A stretch of 56,615 nucleotides of DNA from a virus (taxonomy: Duplodnaviria > Caudoviricetes). The DNA is taken from positions 1 through 56,615 of IMG/VR virus record IMGVR_UViG_3300036982_000611. The stretch is one strand, 5' to 3'. The notes below the pieces were generated by a model that had not been told where the DNA came from, did not search any database, and saw nothing but the letters and a program-made list of their open reading frames with translations. The translations under genes and the position numbers were made by a program. Below, one piece after another: positions 18,030 through 26,118 of this stretch; positions within the stretch are counted from its first letter, which is position 1; every line of letters starts with the position of its first letter.

Positions 18030-18221
18030 ATGGCTGAGAAGAAGTGTGAAAATCGCGCAACACTGCGACGAATCTGGCCTGACTCACCACCAGATTTCGT
18101 GTGTTCGGATCATGCCAGGGGGTGGCTGAACATTGCGAAAGCAATGGGGGTGAATATGTTTTTGGAACCGATCTTTGAAACCGATCGAAAGTGCTGCAAT
18201 ATGGTTCAATCGGCGGAATGA
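18030..18221 (+). CDS. small Cys-rich hypothetical protein (cassette 3)
   Basis: ORF ends inside a palindromic site. Confidence 0.6.
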   Translation: MAEKKCENRATLRRIWPDSPPDFVCSDHARGWLNIAKAMGVNMFLEPIFETDRKCCNMVQSAE

Positions 18222-18259
18222 CAGAGGTTGTGGGTTCCGCTAGTCGCTGGGGAGGAACG

Positions 18260-18478
18260 ATGGTCGAAGAGAAATTCGTAGTGATGCTTCGCATGGATGC
18301 GGAGCGTCAGGTTTGGCTGGGATACAACACATTCGGGAATCTCGGAACAACAGACTTCGGGTATGCGTTTCGGTACGACACAAAAACACAAGCGGTGAAC
18401 GCACTGAAGAAAGCCAGGCGGCTGAAATCATGGCCGGACGCTGTTGTCCGCAGCACGCTTGATCAAGTCGCAAAGTGA
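18260..18478 (+). CDS. hypothetical protein (cassette 4)
   Basis: GGAGGA RBS. Confidence 0.65.
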   Translation: MVEEKFVVMLRMDAERQVWLGYNTFGNLGTTDFGYAFRYDTKTQAVNALKKARRLKSWPDAVVRSTLDQVAK

Positions 18479-18505
18479 ACTAACAGCGGCATTTCATCCG
18501 CGTGC

Positions 18506-18890
18506 ATCGTGGCACTAACGAATTTGCCCCGAGGCTGAGCCGTAAAACGCTATGAAGCCGACACAGAATATCGGGTAGTTCGTGACAGCCGGAGAGACGG
18601 CATGAAAATACCCAAAGGCTCCGGGCAAGTCGAAAGATTGCCGCCCGGCGTGGATCTCGACCACGGAACGAAAGGCAGGCCGGTAGCCTTCGAGAACCGG
18701 CAAACGATCGGCAGGTTGGTGGTGAAACCCGATGGAGGCGAAAGCCTGTGAAGTTGGTCTGGAGTCTTGAAGGCCGGTTCGCACCCGGAGCACTCAGGCG
18801 TGTGATGACGACACGGACTGAGGAGGATATTACACGAAGCTACGTGCAGGACAGCCAGTTGCTGGGTTCAATTCCCGGCCCGATCTCTTG
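18506..18890 (+). ncRNA. putative structured non-coding RNA with tRNA-like 3' domain
   Basis: No credible ORF; consecutive hairpins with GAAA/GAGA loops; T-arm GCTGGG-TTCAATT-CCCGGC stacked on a GATCGG/CCGATC stem. Confidence 0.55.
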
Positions 18891-18969
18891 GTTAAAGTAA
18901 TTGCGGAGATGTGTTCCGCTGTTGAGGATCGGTTCTGCACTCCTCTGTCCCTGTGGAAATTATGGAAAC

Positions 18970-19239
18970 ATGACAAAGAAAACTATTCCGGAACCATCAG
19001 AAAAACACGATGTTCGCGTTATGGAACTGATAGTGATGCCGAAGGGACAGCCGACCTTCAGCGAAATGGCAACGCGAATTGCGATCGACGACGAGGCTGG
19101 CGGCGAGTACGTTAAACTGACGCAATACGGTGGTCACACTGATTTATCGAAGTTCATCGCCATTGATCCGGATGAGTGGCCCAAACTCCGAGAGTGCATT
19201 GATTACATGATCAGCGAGTGTAGGACCGAACAAGAGTAA
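18970..19239 (+). CDS. conserved phage hypothetical protein
   Basis: V.PKGQPTFSEMATRIAIDDEAGGEYV...IDPDEWP motif. Confidence 0.75.
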   Translation: MTKKTIPEPSEKHDVRVMELIVMPKGQPTFSEMATRIAIDDEAGGEYVKLTQYGGHTDLSKFIAIDPDEWPKLRECIDYMISECRTEQE

Positions 19240-19257
19240 CAGCGGGGCACACTACCG

Positions 19258-19539
19258 ATGGCTAAACACGAGTGGATGACGGACGGAATAAGTCTCGATG
19301 CGTCCGAAAAGATTCTTGCGGAATACGAGTCGAAAGGCTGGGAAGTCGTCAGCATCTCATGGGATTCCGATACCGGAGTATTTATGGGAGTTTGGAAGCG
19401 GCCAGTCGTTCACAGTGAGTCCGTGTATGATGTCGTGAGCCGGTTGCGGTCGTGGATCAGAGACTACGGAGACCAGAAGCAACCGTATTTTATCGCAGAT
19501 TTGAAAACCGTTTTGGATGCGATTTCAACAGCGGAGTGA
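19258..19539 (+). CDS. hypothetical protein
   Basis: GWEVVS...WKRP motif, flanked by palindromic sites. Confidence 0.65.
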   Translation: MAKHEWMTDGISLDASEKILAEYESKGWEVVSISWDSDTGVFMGVWKRPVVHSESVYDVVSRLRSWIRDYGDQKQPYFIADLKTVLDAISTAE

Positions 19540-19558
19540 CTGTCCACAGTTGAGGTGA

Positions 19559-19765
19559 ATGATGGCCAACGAGTTACAAGCATATCAGCCAGTGAGAGTG
19601 GATGCTGTGCAGTGTTATTCGTACCGATGGACCTGTCCGGCGTGCGGCGTGATCAATGCGATGCGGGATCACACTGATCCAGATTGTTATTGCCGCACCT
19701 GCAAGATGCAGGTGCGGGTAAAAAAAATCGAATACGAGAACGGCGCAGTCACTAATTTCGCGTGA
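19559..19765 (+). CDS. Zn-ribbon hypothetical protein
   Basis: WTCPACG...CRTC; GAGGTG RBS. Confidence 0.65.
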   Translation: MMANELQAYQPVRVDAVQCYSYRWTCPACGVINAMRDHTDPDCYCRTCKMQVRVKKIEYENGAVTNFA

Positions 19766-19834
19766 CAGTAGCAGAGATTTGAAATGGACGCGATTGAAAT
19801 ATAACCTACAGTTTTTCTTGACTTCGTTTTAGAA

Positions 19835-20281
19835 ATGGAATACCGTATGCCGAGTATTGGTGAGTTGGCCCGAAGGTTCGAAGTGCTGCTGGATCGAAAG
19901 AACAAGGCGGCTGCAGACACAAGAGAAGTTTCCGGAGAGATCGAAAGTCTCGAGCAGGAACTTCTGGATAAGATGGCAGACGAGGGATTCCCCAGCATGA
20001 GGCTGGAATCCGGGAAGACTCTCTACACGAGGGTCGACAAGTTTTATGCGATCAAGTATCCCGATGGAGCGACCGAAGAACAGAAGGCCGAGACGAAGCA
20101 GGAATTCATTCGGGCACTGGCTGATTGTCCTGATACGTCTGACATCGTGAAACGCGACTACAATGCGGCAACGCTGCGGTCGCGGATCAAAGAAATCGAA
20201 GAGAACGGCGAACAGCTTGACCCTTCAGTTCTGAACCTGATCTCGGTGATTGAGAAGCCGAGAATCTCTTATAGATCGTGA
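19835..20281 (+). CDS. conserved phage replication-region hypothetical protein (coiled-coil N-terminus)
   Basis: 148-aa ORF; TTGACT-17bp-TACCGT promoter-like element at 19818-19846. Confidence 0.75.
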   Translation: MEYRMPSIGELARRFEVLLDRKNKAAADTREVSGEIESLEQELLDKMADEGFPSMRLESGKTLYTRVDKFYAIKYPDGATEEQKAETKQEFIRALADCPDTSDIVKRDYNAATLRSRIKEIEENGEQLDPSVLNLISVIEKPRISYRS

Positions 20282-20523
20282 GTTTGAAAATGAAGATTAC
20301 CAAAGGACTGACTCCTCCGGATCCCGCGAAAGTTGGTCGTCCGCGCGAGTACAACTTCCAGCAGATGGAAGTTGACGACGCCGCAGATATCAATGCGTCG
20401 TACCAGACTGTCTATGCCTGCATTCGCCAGTTCAAGAAGAACGACGAGTACAAAGACTGGTCGTTCCGCATTGAGAAGATTGGTAAGTCCGAAAAGAAAG
20501 TCAGGGTCTGGAGAACAGCCTGA
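20278..20523 (+). CDS. small putative DNA-binding protein
   Basis: GRPREYNFQQMEVDD...FRIEK...VRVWRT recurrent phage motif. Confidence 0.7.
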   Translation: MSLKMKITKGLTPPDPAKVGRPREYNFQQMEVDDAADINASYQTVYACIRQFKKNDEYKDWSFRIEKIGKSEKKVRVWRTA

Positions 20524-20815
20524 CGTGCCTTCCAAAGAAACACGTCGTTAAAACTACAGGACGCTGAAGGCAATTTCAGAATGCAGGAGAGTACCCTGCC
20601 GTGTTTCTGCGGGATTTTAATCTTCTTCCTCTGGGTCAATTGGCAAGCATGGAGCACAGCAAAAGAAGGAATAACTCAGTTCTACCCAGCATGCTGAGTT
20701 CTGAGGCGATCATCGGTTGAGTGGCTGAGAACACCAGGCCAAACAGATCGCGTTTCGGATGTGCGGTTTCGTCCCGTCAAGCGGCGTTACTCCTATTCTC
20801 GAAGGTGTTAAATAT

Positions 20816-20918
20816 CGCGAGGTACGCCAGTTGGAAGAGCGGCCTGCATCTCAAATATCCGGTGCGTCCGGATCTTCGAGAGGCAGGTGTGTCTCAGGTT
20901 CGATTCCTGGCCTCGCCA
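20816..20918 (+). tRNA. tRNA-like gene with extended/interrupted anticodon arm (CTC, Glu-like)
   Basis: Acceptor GCGAGG/CCTCGC, U8A9, D-arm with GG, anticodon stem CCTGC/GCAGG enclosing 35 nt, T-arm TCAGG-TTCGATT-CCTGG. Confidence 0.55.
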
Positions 20919-20968
20919 ATCGTCGTCATTCGACGACGTACTCAATGTTTCCTTTTGAAAGGTGTTCA

Positions 20969-21799
20969 ATGTCCACAGCACTCGTGCAGTATCAGAAGTC
21001 CGATTTCTCAGTTCTTGCCGATGGCAGCGAATTGGCAGCAGCAATGCTGGAAAACGGCGATGGAGGGGGATTTCTTGAGTCCGACTTCCCCCGAGTCAAA
21101 ACTCCGTCCGGTGGTGGAATGTTCTGGACCATCAACGGCGCGAACGGAATGGAATCCACAGCAGCGATCGAAGGCGTGATTGTGTTCCGATGCCAGAAAG
21201 GAATCCTCTGGAAGGCCGATGAAACGTCCGACGACAAGCCTGTGCTTGTCTCTGACGACATGAAGTACGCTCGGCTGAACATTCCATGGGCAGAAGTTCC
21301 TGCGGATATGCAGCAGGTTCTCCCGCATCACGAAGTACCGACAGAAGTTCTCCGGGAAGCCGGAGCCCTGCGTGAAGATGCTGACGGGAATCCCGTCCGC
21401 TACTTCTACTGGGATGGCCCGAACAAACTGCCTTACTGCGAGTTCGGAAGCTCGACAAAGGCTGGATCGAAGGGCAAGAAGGCGAAGGACTATCAGATCC
21501 TGTATGTTCTGCGAAAGGCCGAGGCTCTCCCACTGCGGATCCAGCTTGGCCCAACGTCGATTATGCCGATCCGGAAGTTCTTCCGACAACTCAACGTCCC
21601 TCACACAATGGCGTATGTGTCGCTGGGACTGAAGGTTGAGAAGTCATCATCAGGTAAGGATTACTCAGTCGTTGTTCCGCAACGAACGGGTACTCTGGAT
21701 CCTGCGACAGCCTTGGTGATCAAGGAGAGGTACAAGGAAGAACTCGAGCGGATGCATGATGCAGGACGACTCAACATCGTCGATTCTGCTGCAGAGTAA
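20969..21799 (+). CDS. putative ssDNA-binding/annealing protein
   Basis: FPRVKTPSGGG, IEGVIV, PLRIQLGPTS motifs; replication-module context; GAAAGG RBS before ATG 20969. Confidence 0.55.
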   Translation: MSTALVQYQKSDFSVLADGSELAAAMLENGDGGGFLESDFPRVKTPSGGGMFWTINGANGMESTAAIEGVIVFRCQKGILWKADETSDDKPVLVSDDMKYARLNIPWAEVPADMQQVLPHHEVPTEVLREAGALREDADGNPVRYFYWDGPNKLPYCEFGSSTKAGSKGKKAKDYQILYVLRKAEALPLRIQLGPTSIMPIRKFFRQLNVPHTMAYVSLGLKVEKSSSGKDYSVVVPQRTGTLDPATALVIKERYKEELERMHDAGRLNIVDSAAE

Positions 21800-21811
21800 T
21801 ACTGAACGGAG

Positions 21812-21843
21812 TCCGGCGGAGCCAAGGATGGCTCCGTTTTTTT
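21812..21843 (+). terminator. Rho-independent terminator at the convergence of the two arms
   Basis: GCGGAGCCA-AGGA-TGGCTCCGT followed by a T-run. Confidence 0.85.
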
Positions 21844-22213
21844 ATGCGCTGACACCACCGACCAGAATCCGGCAGTCCAGGTAATCCTCATCGCCGTTGC
21901 TGATGTCGTACCCGACCGTCACAATTGACTCGTCGTCCGATGAGGCTCCGCCCGAGATCGTCATCTGAATCGCTCTGCCAGCGATCAGTGTGAGCCCGCT
22001 GCATCCTGAATCTGATTCGACAACTGTGTCAACATCGATGGTCGCTACGTCAGTAATGGTCAGTGTCGCATCTACAGGATCTGCCGTTGGATTCGAGACA
22101 GTCACCAGAGGAGGCAGTCGCTTATCTAGGTCGACGTAAACTGTGATCGTCGCGCGACTGTGTTTGCACAGGACATTGCTGGACTCGTAGCAATCCGGAT
22201 AATCAGACATCAC
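21842..22213 (-). CDS. hypothetical virion-associated protein
   Basis: Beta-rich acidic ORF at the end of the late operon. Confidence 0.65.
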   Translation of the reverse strand: MMSDYPDCYESSNVLCKHSRATITVYVDLDKRLPPLVTVSNPTADPVDATLTITDVATIDVDTVVESDSGCSGLTLIAGRAIQMTISGGASSDDESIVTVGYDISNGDEDYLDCRILVGGVSA

Positions 22214-22476
22214 GTTCTCTCCCTGAATCGCCAGACACGAGGATTACGGGACGCCGCGAACACTCGAGACACAGATTCTGCACTAAAGACTCGCTCTCGT
22301 CCAGACACCGTCCAGCCTACCGTCGGGACTGGAAGATCTCCCTGCTCGACGAAATAACTGAACGCGCCGTGCCACCGGGATAATTCATCGTCGGTGTTGT
22401 TCGGAAATGGGATCGTAACGAATCCCGGCATCGCAACCCCAGCGGCAGCGCTGCGTTTTGCTGCCGTCGTCGTCAT
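22210..22476 (-). CDS. hypothetical protein
   Basis: Coupled ORF. Confidence 0.6.
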   Translation of the reverse strand: MTTTAAKRSAAAGVAMPGFVTIPFPNNTDDELSRWHGAFSYFVEQGDLPVPTVGWTVSGRERVFSAESVSRVFAASRNPRVWRFRERT

Positions 22477-23864
22477 GCGTCCTCACCCTTCGTGAACGTC
22501 GTGCCGTTATCGGAAGTCCCGGAAGTCCCGGCCACTGTCGTTGTGTCGTCGCGATATAGAGTTCTTGTCGTCGCTGTCTGAGTGACCTTGTTGCGAGCGT
22601 ACATGAACAGCCAAGTGAGTTTGTCCTTGAGGCTGGATGTTGCTGCTGGAGGAGCAGAGAGTTCAGCGAATGTGTCGACTGACAACACATCCAGAACCTG
22701 AGCGTTCACCTGAGCCGGAGTTGCCAGAGGTGAAGTTGCTGCAGTGATCGCAGCTTCGACGAGTGACTGGTCAGCGGGATCTGTCGGGAGGTTATCAGTC
22801 TTCGCTTTGATTGCAGCAATTTCTGTGTCGAGGAAGTCGTCGATCGTGTCCAGTTTTGTGTTGACCGTAGAGAACGAAGACGCGATGTCAGACGCATCTG
22901 CTGGGTCTGCAGGAAGATTGTCCGTCTTCGCCTTGATCGCAGAGGTCTTGACTGCTTCCGCCGCAACAGCCGCAGTTAGTGCTGGCATTTCCGTATCCAG
23001 CAAATCATCAATCGTGTCCACGCTTGTTTGAGTTGATCGACTACTCACAGTGGCATTAAGATTGGTCGCAACAGTCGTGTTGGTTGTTCCCAGATCCGTC
23101 GCGAGCGTATTGGTCCACTGTGTTGTGCTAAGTGCAGTAGCACTCGTCGCCAACCCTGCTTGTATCTGACTCACAGGATGAATGTGCAACGAAACAATCG
23201 CAAACGCCACGCCGTTCACTGGTGCCGATGTCAAAGCCTCCTCCAAAACAATCGTCTTGGTGGCACCAATGTAATCGTAAATCGCCCGAACCTGTCCGGC
23301 CAATGCCCCATCCGTGAACACGAGCATCGAATCGTTGTAGAAATTATCGACTGACGATGTGAGTCCAGTGACGAACGTGGTTGTGGTCGCAGACGCATCA
23401 ATGACAGTTGAGTCGATCTGCTGGAATGCCGTCGTCTGTCGCAGTCGCTTACCGGAGGACGTTGCGACGTTGTGCGTGGCTCCTGTCAATGGCTCGTCCC
23501 AGATCAGGTCAACCAGTGTGGCTTTGTCAGCGGAGTCCAGTACCACTGCTCCCGTTCGAATGGCTCGCACATTCCACGACATCGCATAAGTCGCGGAACT
23601 GGTCGTGGTCCCAGTGACAGTAGCAGACTCTTCGAGCGTGAAAGAATCGCCCTCGACCTCAGACGCTGGATTGTAGCTGCAATCGTAGATTCCAGTTGTT
23701 GCCGAACGCTTCGTGATCGTGACTGAGTCGGCTACTGACGCCCCGTTTTTGCGTACTGCAACAGTTGGATCGCTGTCCGCATCCTTGAGCACCATCGTGT
23801 CTGGATTGCGAGTCTGGATGACCCAGTACAACGTGCCACCGACCTGAAAAACTGCTGGTCTCAT
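22473..23864 (-). CDS. putative fibre/structural protein with internal repeats
   Basis: Ala/Thr-rich; repeated IKAKTDNLP.DPAD and TIDD.LDTE units. Confidence 0.65.
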   Translation of the reverse strand: MRPAVFQVGGTLYWVIQTRNPDTMVLKDADSDPTVAVRKNGASVADSVTITKRSATTGIYDCSYNPASEVEGDSFTLEESATVTGTTTSSATYAMSWNVRAIRTGAVVLDSADKATLVDLIWDEPLTGATHNVATSSGKRLRQTTAFQQIDSTVIDASATTTTFVTGLTSSVDNFYNDSMLVFTDGALAGQVRAIYDYIGATKTIVLEEALTSAPVNGVAFAIVSLHIHPVSQIQAGLATSATALSTTQWTNTLATDLGTTNTTVATNLNATVSSRSTQTSVDTIDDLLDTEMPALTAAVAAEAVKTSAIKAKTDNLPADPADASDIASSFSTVNTKLDTIDDFLDTEIAAIKAKTDNLPTDPADQSLVEAAITAATSPLATPAQVNAQVLDVLSVDTFAELSAPPAATSSLKDKLTWLFMYARNKVTQTATTRTLYRDDTTTVAGTSGTSDNGTTFTKGEDA

Positions 23865-25012
23865 CCGATTACCTGCTGATACATTGGGTGTGATGGTCGC
23901 CCTGACGACAGCGTGCCAGTGCTGTTACCGAGGTTGTACGTCGTTCCGTTTCGCACGTCGCCAACTGCTGGCAAAAGTCCGCTGTAATCAGTCGGGTAAA
24001 ACGTCTTGACCGTCAGTGCGGAGTTAGCACCCTGTAAAGTGCCGGTCGTGAGATTCGACAGAAATACTTTTCCAGCGATACCTGAGACGCCTGTTGTGGA
24101 CGTTCTCACCGATCCGACTCTGGTCGTGCCGCCAATCGAGCCAAACACACCAGCAGCAACGCCCCCAGATGGTGCCCCGATTGCATAGCCGTTCACGGTC
24201 AGAGTTCCTGCCCCTGAGTTATATGCACCAAAACATGTCGCAGTAATCGTTGCGCTAGTCCCGCCGATTGCGTTGCCGCCGACAGTAACCGTGCCAGCAA
24301 CACTCAGGATAACACCAGGTGCAGACACACCAGCGCCGCCAGTCACGTCACCGCTAATGGTTACGATTGACCCTGCCCCGGCGACTTGCAGCCCAAAACA
24401 CGTCGAACCGGTGCAATTACCAGTAATCGCTAACGTAATGTTCGCGGCTCCAACGAGCACTCCAGCCGCCGACGTGCTGGAACCGCCAATCACATCTCCG
24501 ACAATCGTGTTAGTGGTGTTCGCTGCAACTAACTGCAGCCCCCATGAGTTAAGTGATGACCCTGACGTGTAGGTTCCAGTGCCAGAAAAAATACCTGCAG
24601 AAACCTGAATTGCGATCGAGTTTGTCCCGCCACTTCCGCCTGTCGAATTTCCGACATGGGCGAGCGAGCCAGCGCCTGATTTAGTTACCGTTGCAACGGC
24701 GTTTGTGGTGGATGCTGTGACATTGCCCGTCAATGTGATCGTTCCGGTGGTGTTACTCAATGCGAGCGGAATTGTTGTTCCAGCGATGACATTTCCACCG
24801 ATCGCAGTCCCCGCCACGTTGCAGGTGAATCCACCGCCAGCGACTGCAGTCGTCCCTGCCGTAGTTCGCCACGATGCTGCGGTACGAGACGCTGAAATCG
24901 TACCCGTGAATCCGTTCGCATACAGGTCGTCACCAACTGCCGGGAGCGTGCTGCCGTCCCATCGTGCTGCGACTTCGATATCTCCAGATGAGACTAGATA
25001 TCGTTCGGCCAT
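23861..25012 (-). CDS. Gly/Thr-rich beta-helix-like structural or adhesion protein
   Basis: Repeated (I/V)xGNVxGG units. Confidence 0.65.
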   Translation of the reverse strand: MAERYLVSSGDIEVAARWDGSTLPAVGDDLYANGFTGTISASRTAASWRTTAGTTAVAGGGFTCNVAGTAIGGNVIAGTTIPLALSNTTGTITLTGNVTASTTNAVATVTKSGAGSLAHVGNSTGGSGGTNSIAIQVSAGIFSGTGTYTSGSSLNSWGLQLVAANTTNTIVGDVIGGSSTSAAGVLVGAANITLAITGNCTGSTCFGLQVAGAGSIVTISGDVTGGAGVSAPGVILSVAGTVTVGGNAIGGTSATITATCFGAYNSGAGTLTVNGYAIGAPSGGVAAGVFGSIGGTTRVGSVRTSTTGVSGIAGKVFLSNLTTGTLQGANSALTVKTFYPTDYSGLLPAVGDVRNGTTYNLGNSTGTLSSGRPSHPMYQQVIG

Positions 25013-25014
25013 TA

Positions 25015-25329
25015 TCAGATCCCCTTAGCAGCGATGAACGCACCCAGAGCCGCAAAGATTGTTCCTGCACACAATGCCAAATCAGGATCAGTCTGAGCAG
25101 CCTCAAACGCACGCGAGACGTTGATTGATTCCTCGCCCTTGTCGCGAGGAGCAAACTCGATTGATCCGTCCTGAAGCTTGCGGTATCGCTTTAGAGACAG
25201 CGATACCGACGAATCAACCTCGCTGCCATCGACGACGACGCCTCCGATTGCGAGCGAGAGAAAAAGACGATCATATTGCACGTCTGGCTCTTGGATCACC
25301 ACAGGGTTTTCTGTCAGGATCGGCATCAA
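25015..25329 (-). CDS. hypothetical protein
   Basis: Coupled ORF. Confidence 0.65.
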   Translation of the reverse strand: MMPILTENPVVIQEPDVQYDRLFLSLAIGGVVVDGSEVDSSVSLSLKRYRKLQDGSIEFAPRDKGEESINVSRAFEAAQTDPDLALCAGTIFAALGAFIAAKGI

Positions 25330-25526
25330 TTAGACTCCGGAAACATCATCCAACCAAAGAAGTGGCAGGTTAACACGCCAGCGATAAAAGCCAGAAAAGG
25401 TCGCTTCGAACAGTTCGTAATAAACTGACTGACCGACTTTTTCTCACCACCGCTCACAACGCACCAAACGTCAAACAACGCTATCGCACAGAGAAAACCA
25501 AAGGTGACTATTCCTGTGATGCTCAT
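25326..25526 (-). CDS. small two-TM membrane protein (holin-like)
   Basis: Two hydrophobic helices. Confidence 0.55.
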   Translation of the reverse strand: MSITGIVTFGFLCAIALFDVWCVVSGGEKKSVSQFITNCSKRPFLAFIAGVLTCHFFGWMMFPESN

Positions 25527-25549
25527 GACCTACCCCCACGAGGAGCGGA

Positions 25550-25867
25550 CTACTTAACCACTGTTGTCAACAACTTATCCACCGACATAATCACGCCCCG
25601 GCACAACTCAGATTCTGCAGGAGACTTCTCCTGCGCCATCGCCTTAATCTTGCTGTCCTTCTGCTGGATCTCTCGCATGCATTGCTCGTGAATAGTGAAT
25701 CCAATCGACCCTGAGTAGACAGTCATCGCAATAATCAGGATAGCCAGCATACGACAGTGAGACGCCATTCGCTCGAACTGACACGACACTCCATCGTGGT
25801 AGATCAGTTTGGTGCTTGCAACGGCAATGCTAACCATGAACCACAGAAAGCTCAGTTGTATTGCCAT
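25550..25867 (-). CDS. membrane protein
   Basis: Two hydrophobic segments plus a coiled tail. Confidence 0.55.
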   Translation of the reverse strand: MAIQLSFLWFMVSIAVASTKLIYHDGVSCQFERMASHCRMLAILIIAMTVYSGSIGFTIHEQCMREIQQKDSKIKAMAQEKSPAESELCRGVIMSVDKLLTTVVK

Positions 25868-26048
25868 TGAACGCTCCAATCACATTCGCAACAGCCCAGC
25901 CGAGGGCAATGATAATCGCCGTGACGCCCACTGCCCAAAATAGCTTCGAAGCATTCCGTCCTGAAACAGAAAAGCCCATTCCTAAAGGAAGCCGGAAGTC
26001 AATTCTGTCAATATTATCAGGTTTTTGGTCATCGCTCACCTGAAGCAT
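25830..26048 (-). CDS. small membrane protein
   Basis: One hydrophobic helix. Confidence 0.5.
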   Translation of the reverse strand: MLQVSDDQKPDNIDRIDFRLPLGMGFSVSGRNASKLFWAVGVTAIIIALGWAVANVIGAFNGNTTELSVVHG

Positions 26049-26118
26049 CCCTTCTCACCTGCAGCATCCCTTCTCACAGGAATTTTCTTTGCCAGCAAAT
26101 CCCTTAATGGGACGCAAA

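Larger units (their letters stand above)
17341..19552. repeat. array of 10 dispersed imperfect palindromes, consensus ~TAACAGCGGW-N7-TCCGCTRNT, at gene boundaries
   Basis: Sites start near 17341, 17373, 17645, 17983, 18219, 18481, 18898, 18924, 19237, 19526. Confidence 0.8.

Noticed and set aside
18706-18886. tmRNA
   Set aside because: Acceptor stem lacks the GGGG start and G3-U70 alanine identity pair; too short; no tag ORF ending in Ala-Ala
17341-19552. Classical integron attC array or pdif modules
   Set aside because: Sites are ~27 bp, lack the GTTRRRY end and long attC stem, do not resemble the XerC/D dif consensus I know, and no intI is present; reported as an unclassified array
20759-20968. 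N-terminal 70 aa of the 346-aa ORF
   Set aside because: Overlaps the tRNA-like element; a better RBS and ATG lie at 20969
26046-26078. 14-bp direct repeat GCATCCCTTCTCAC x2
   Set aside because: Only two copies; most likely a local duplication of an RBS-containing segment
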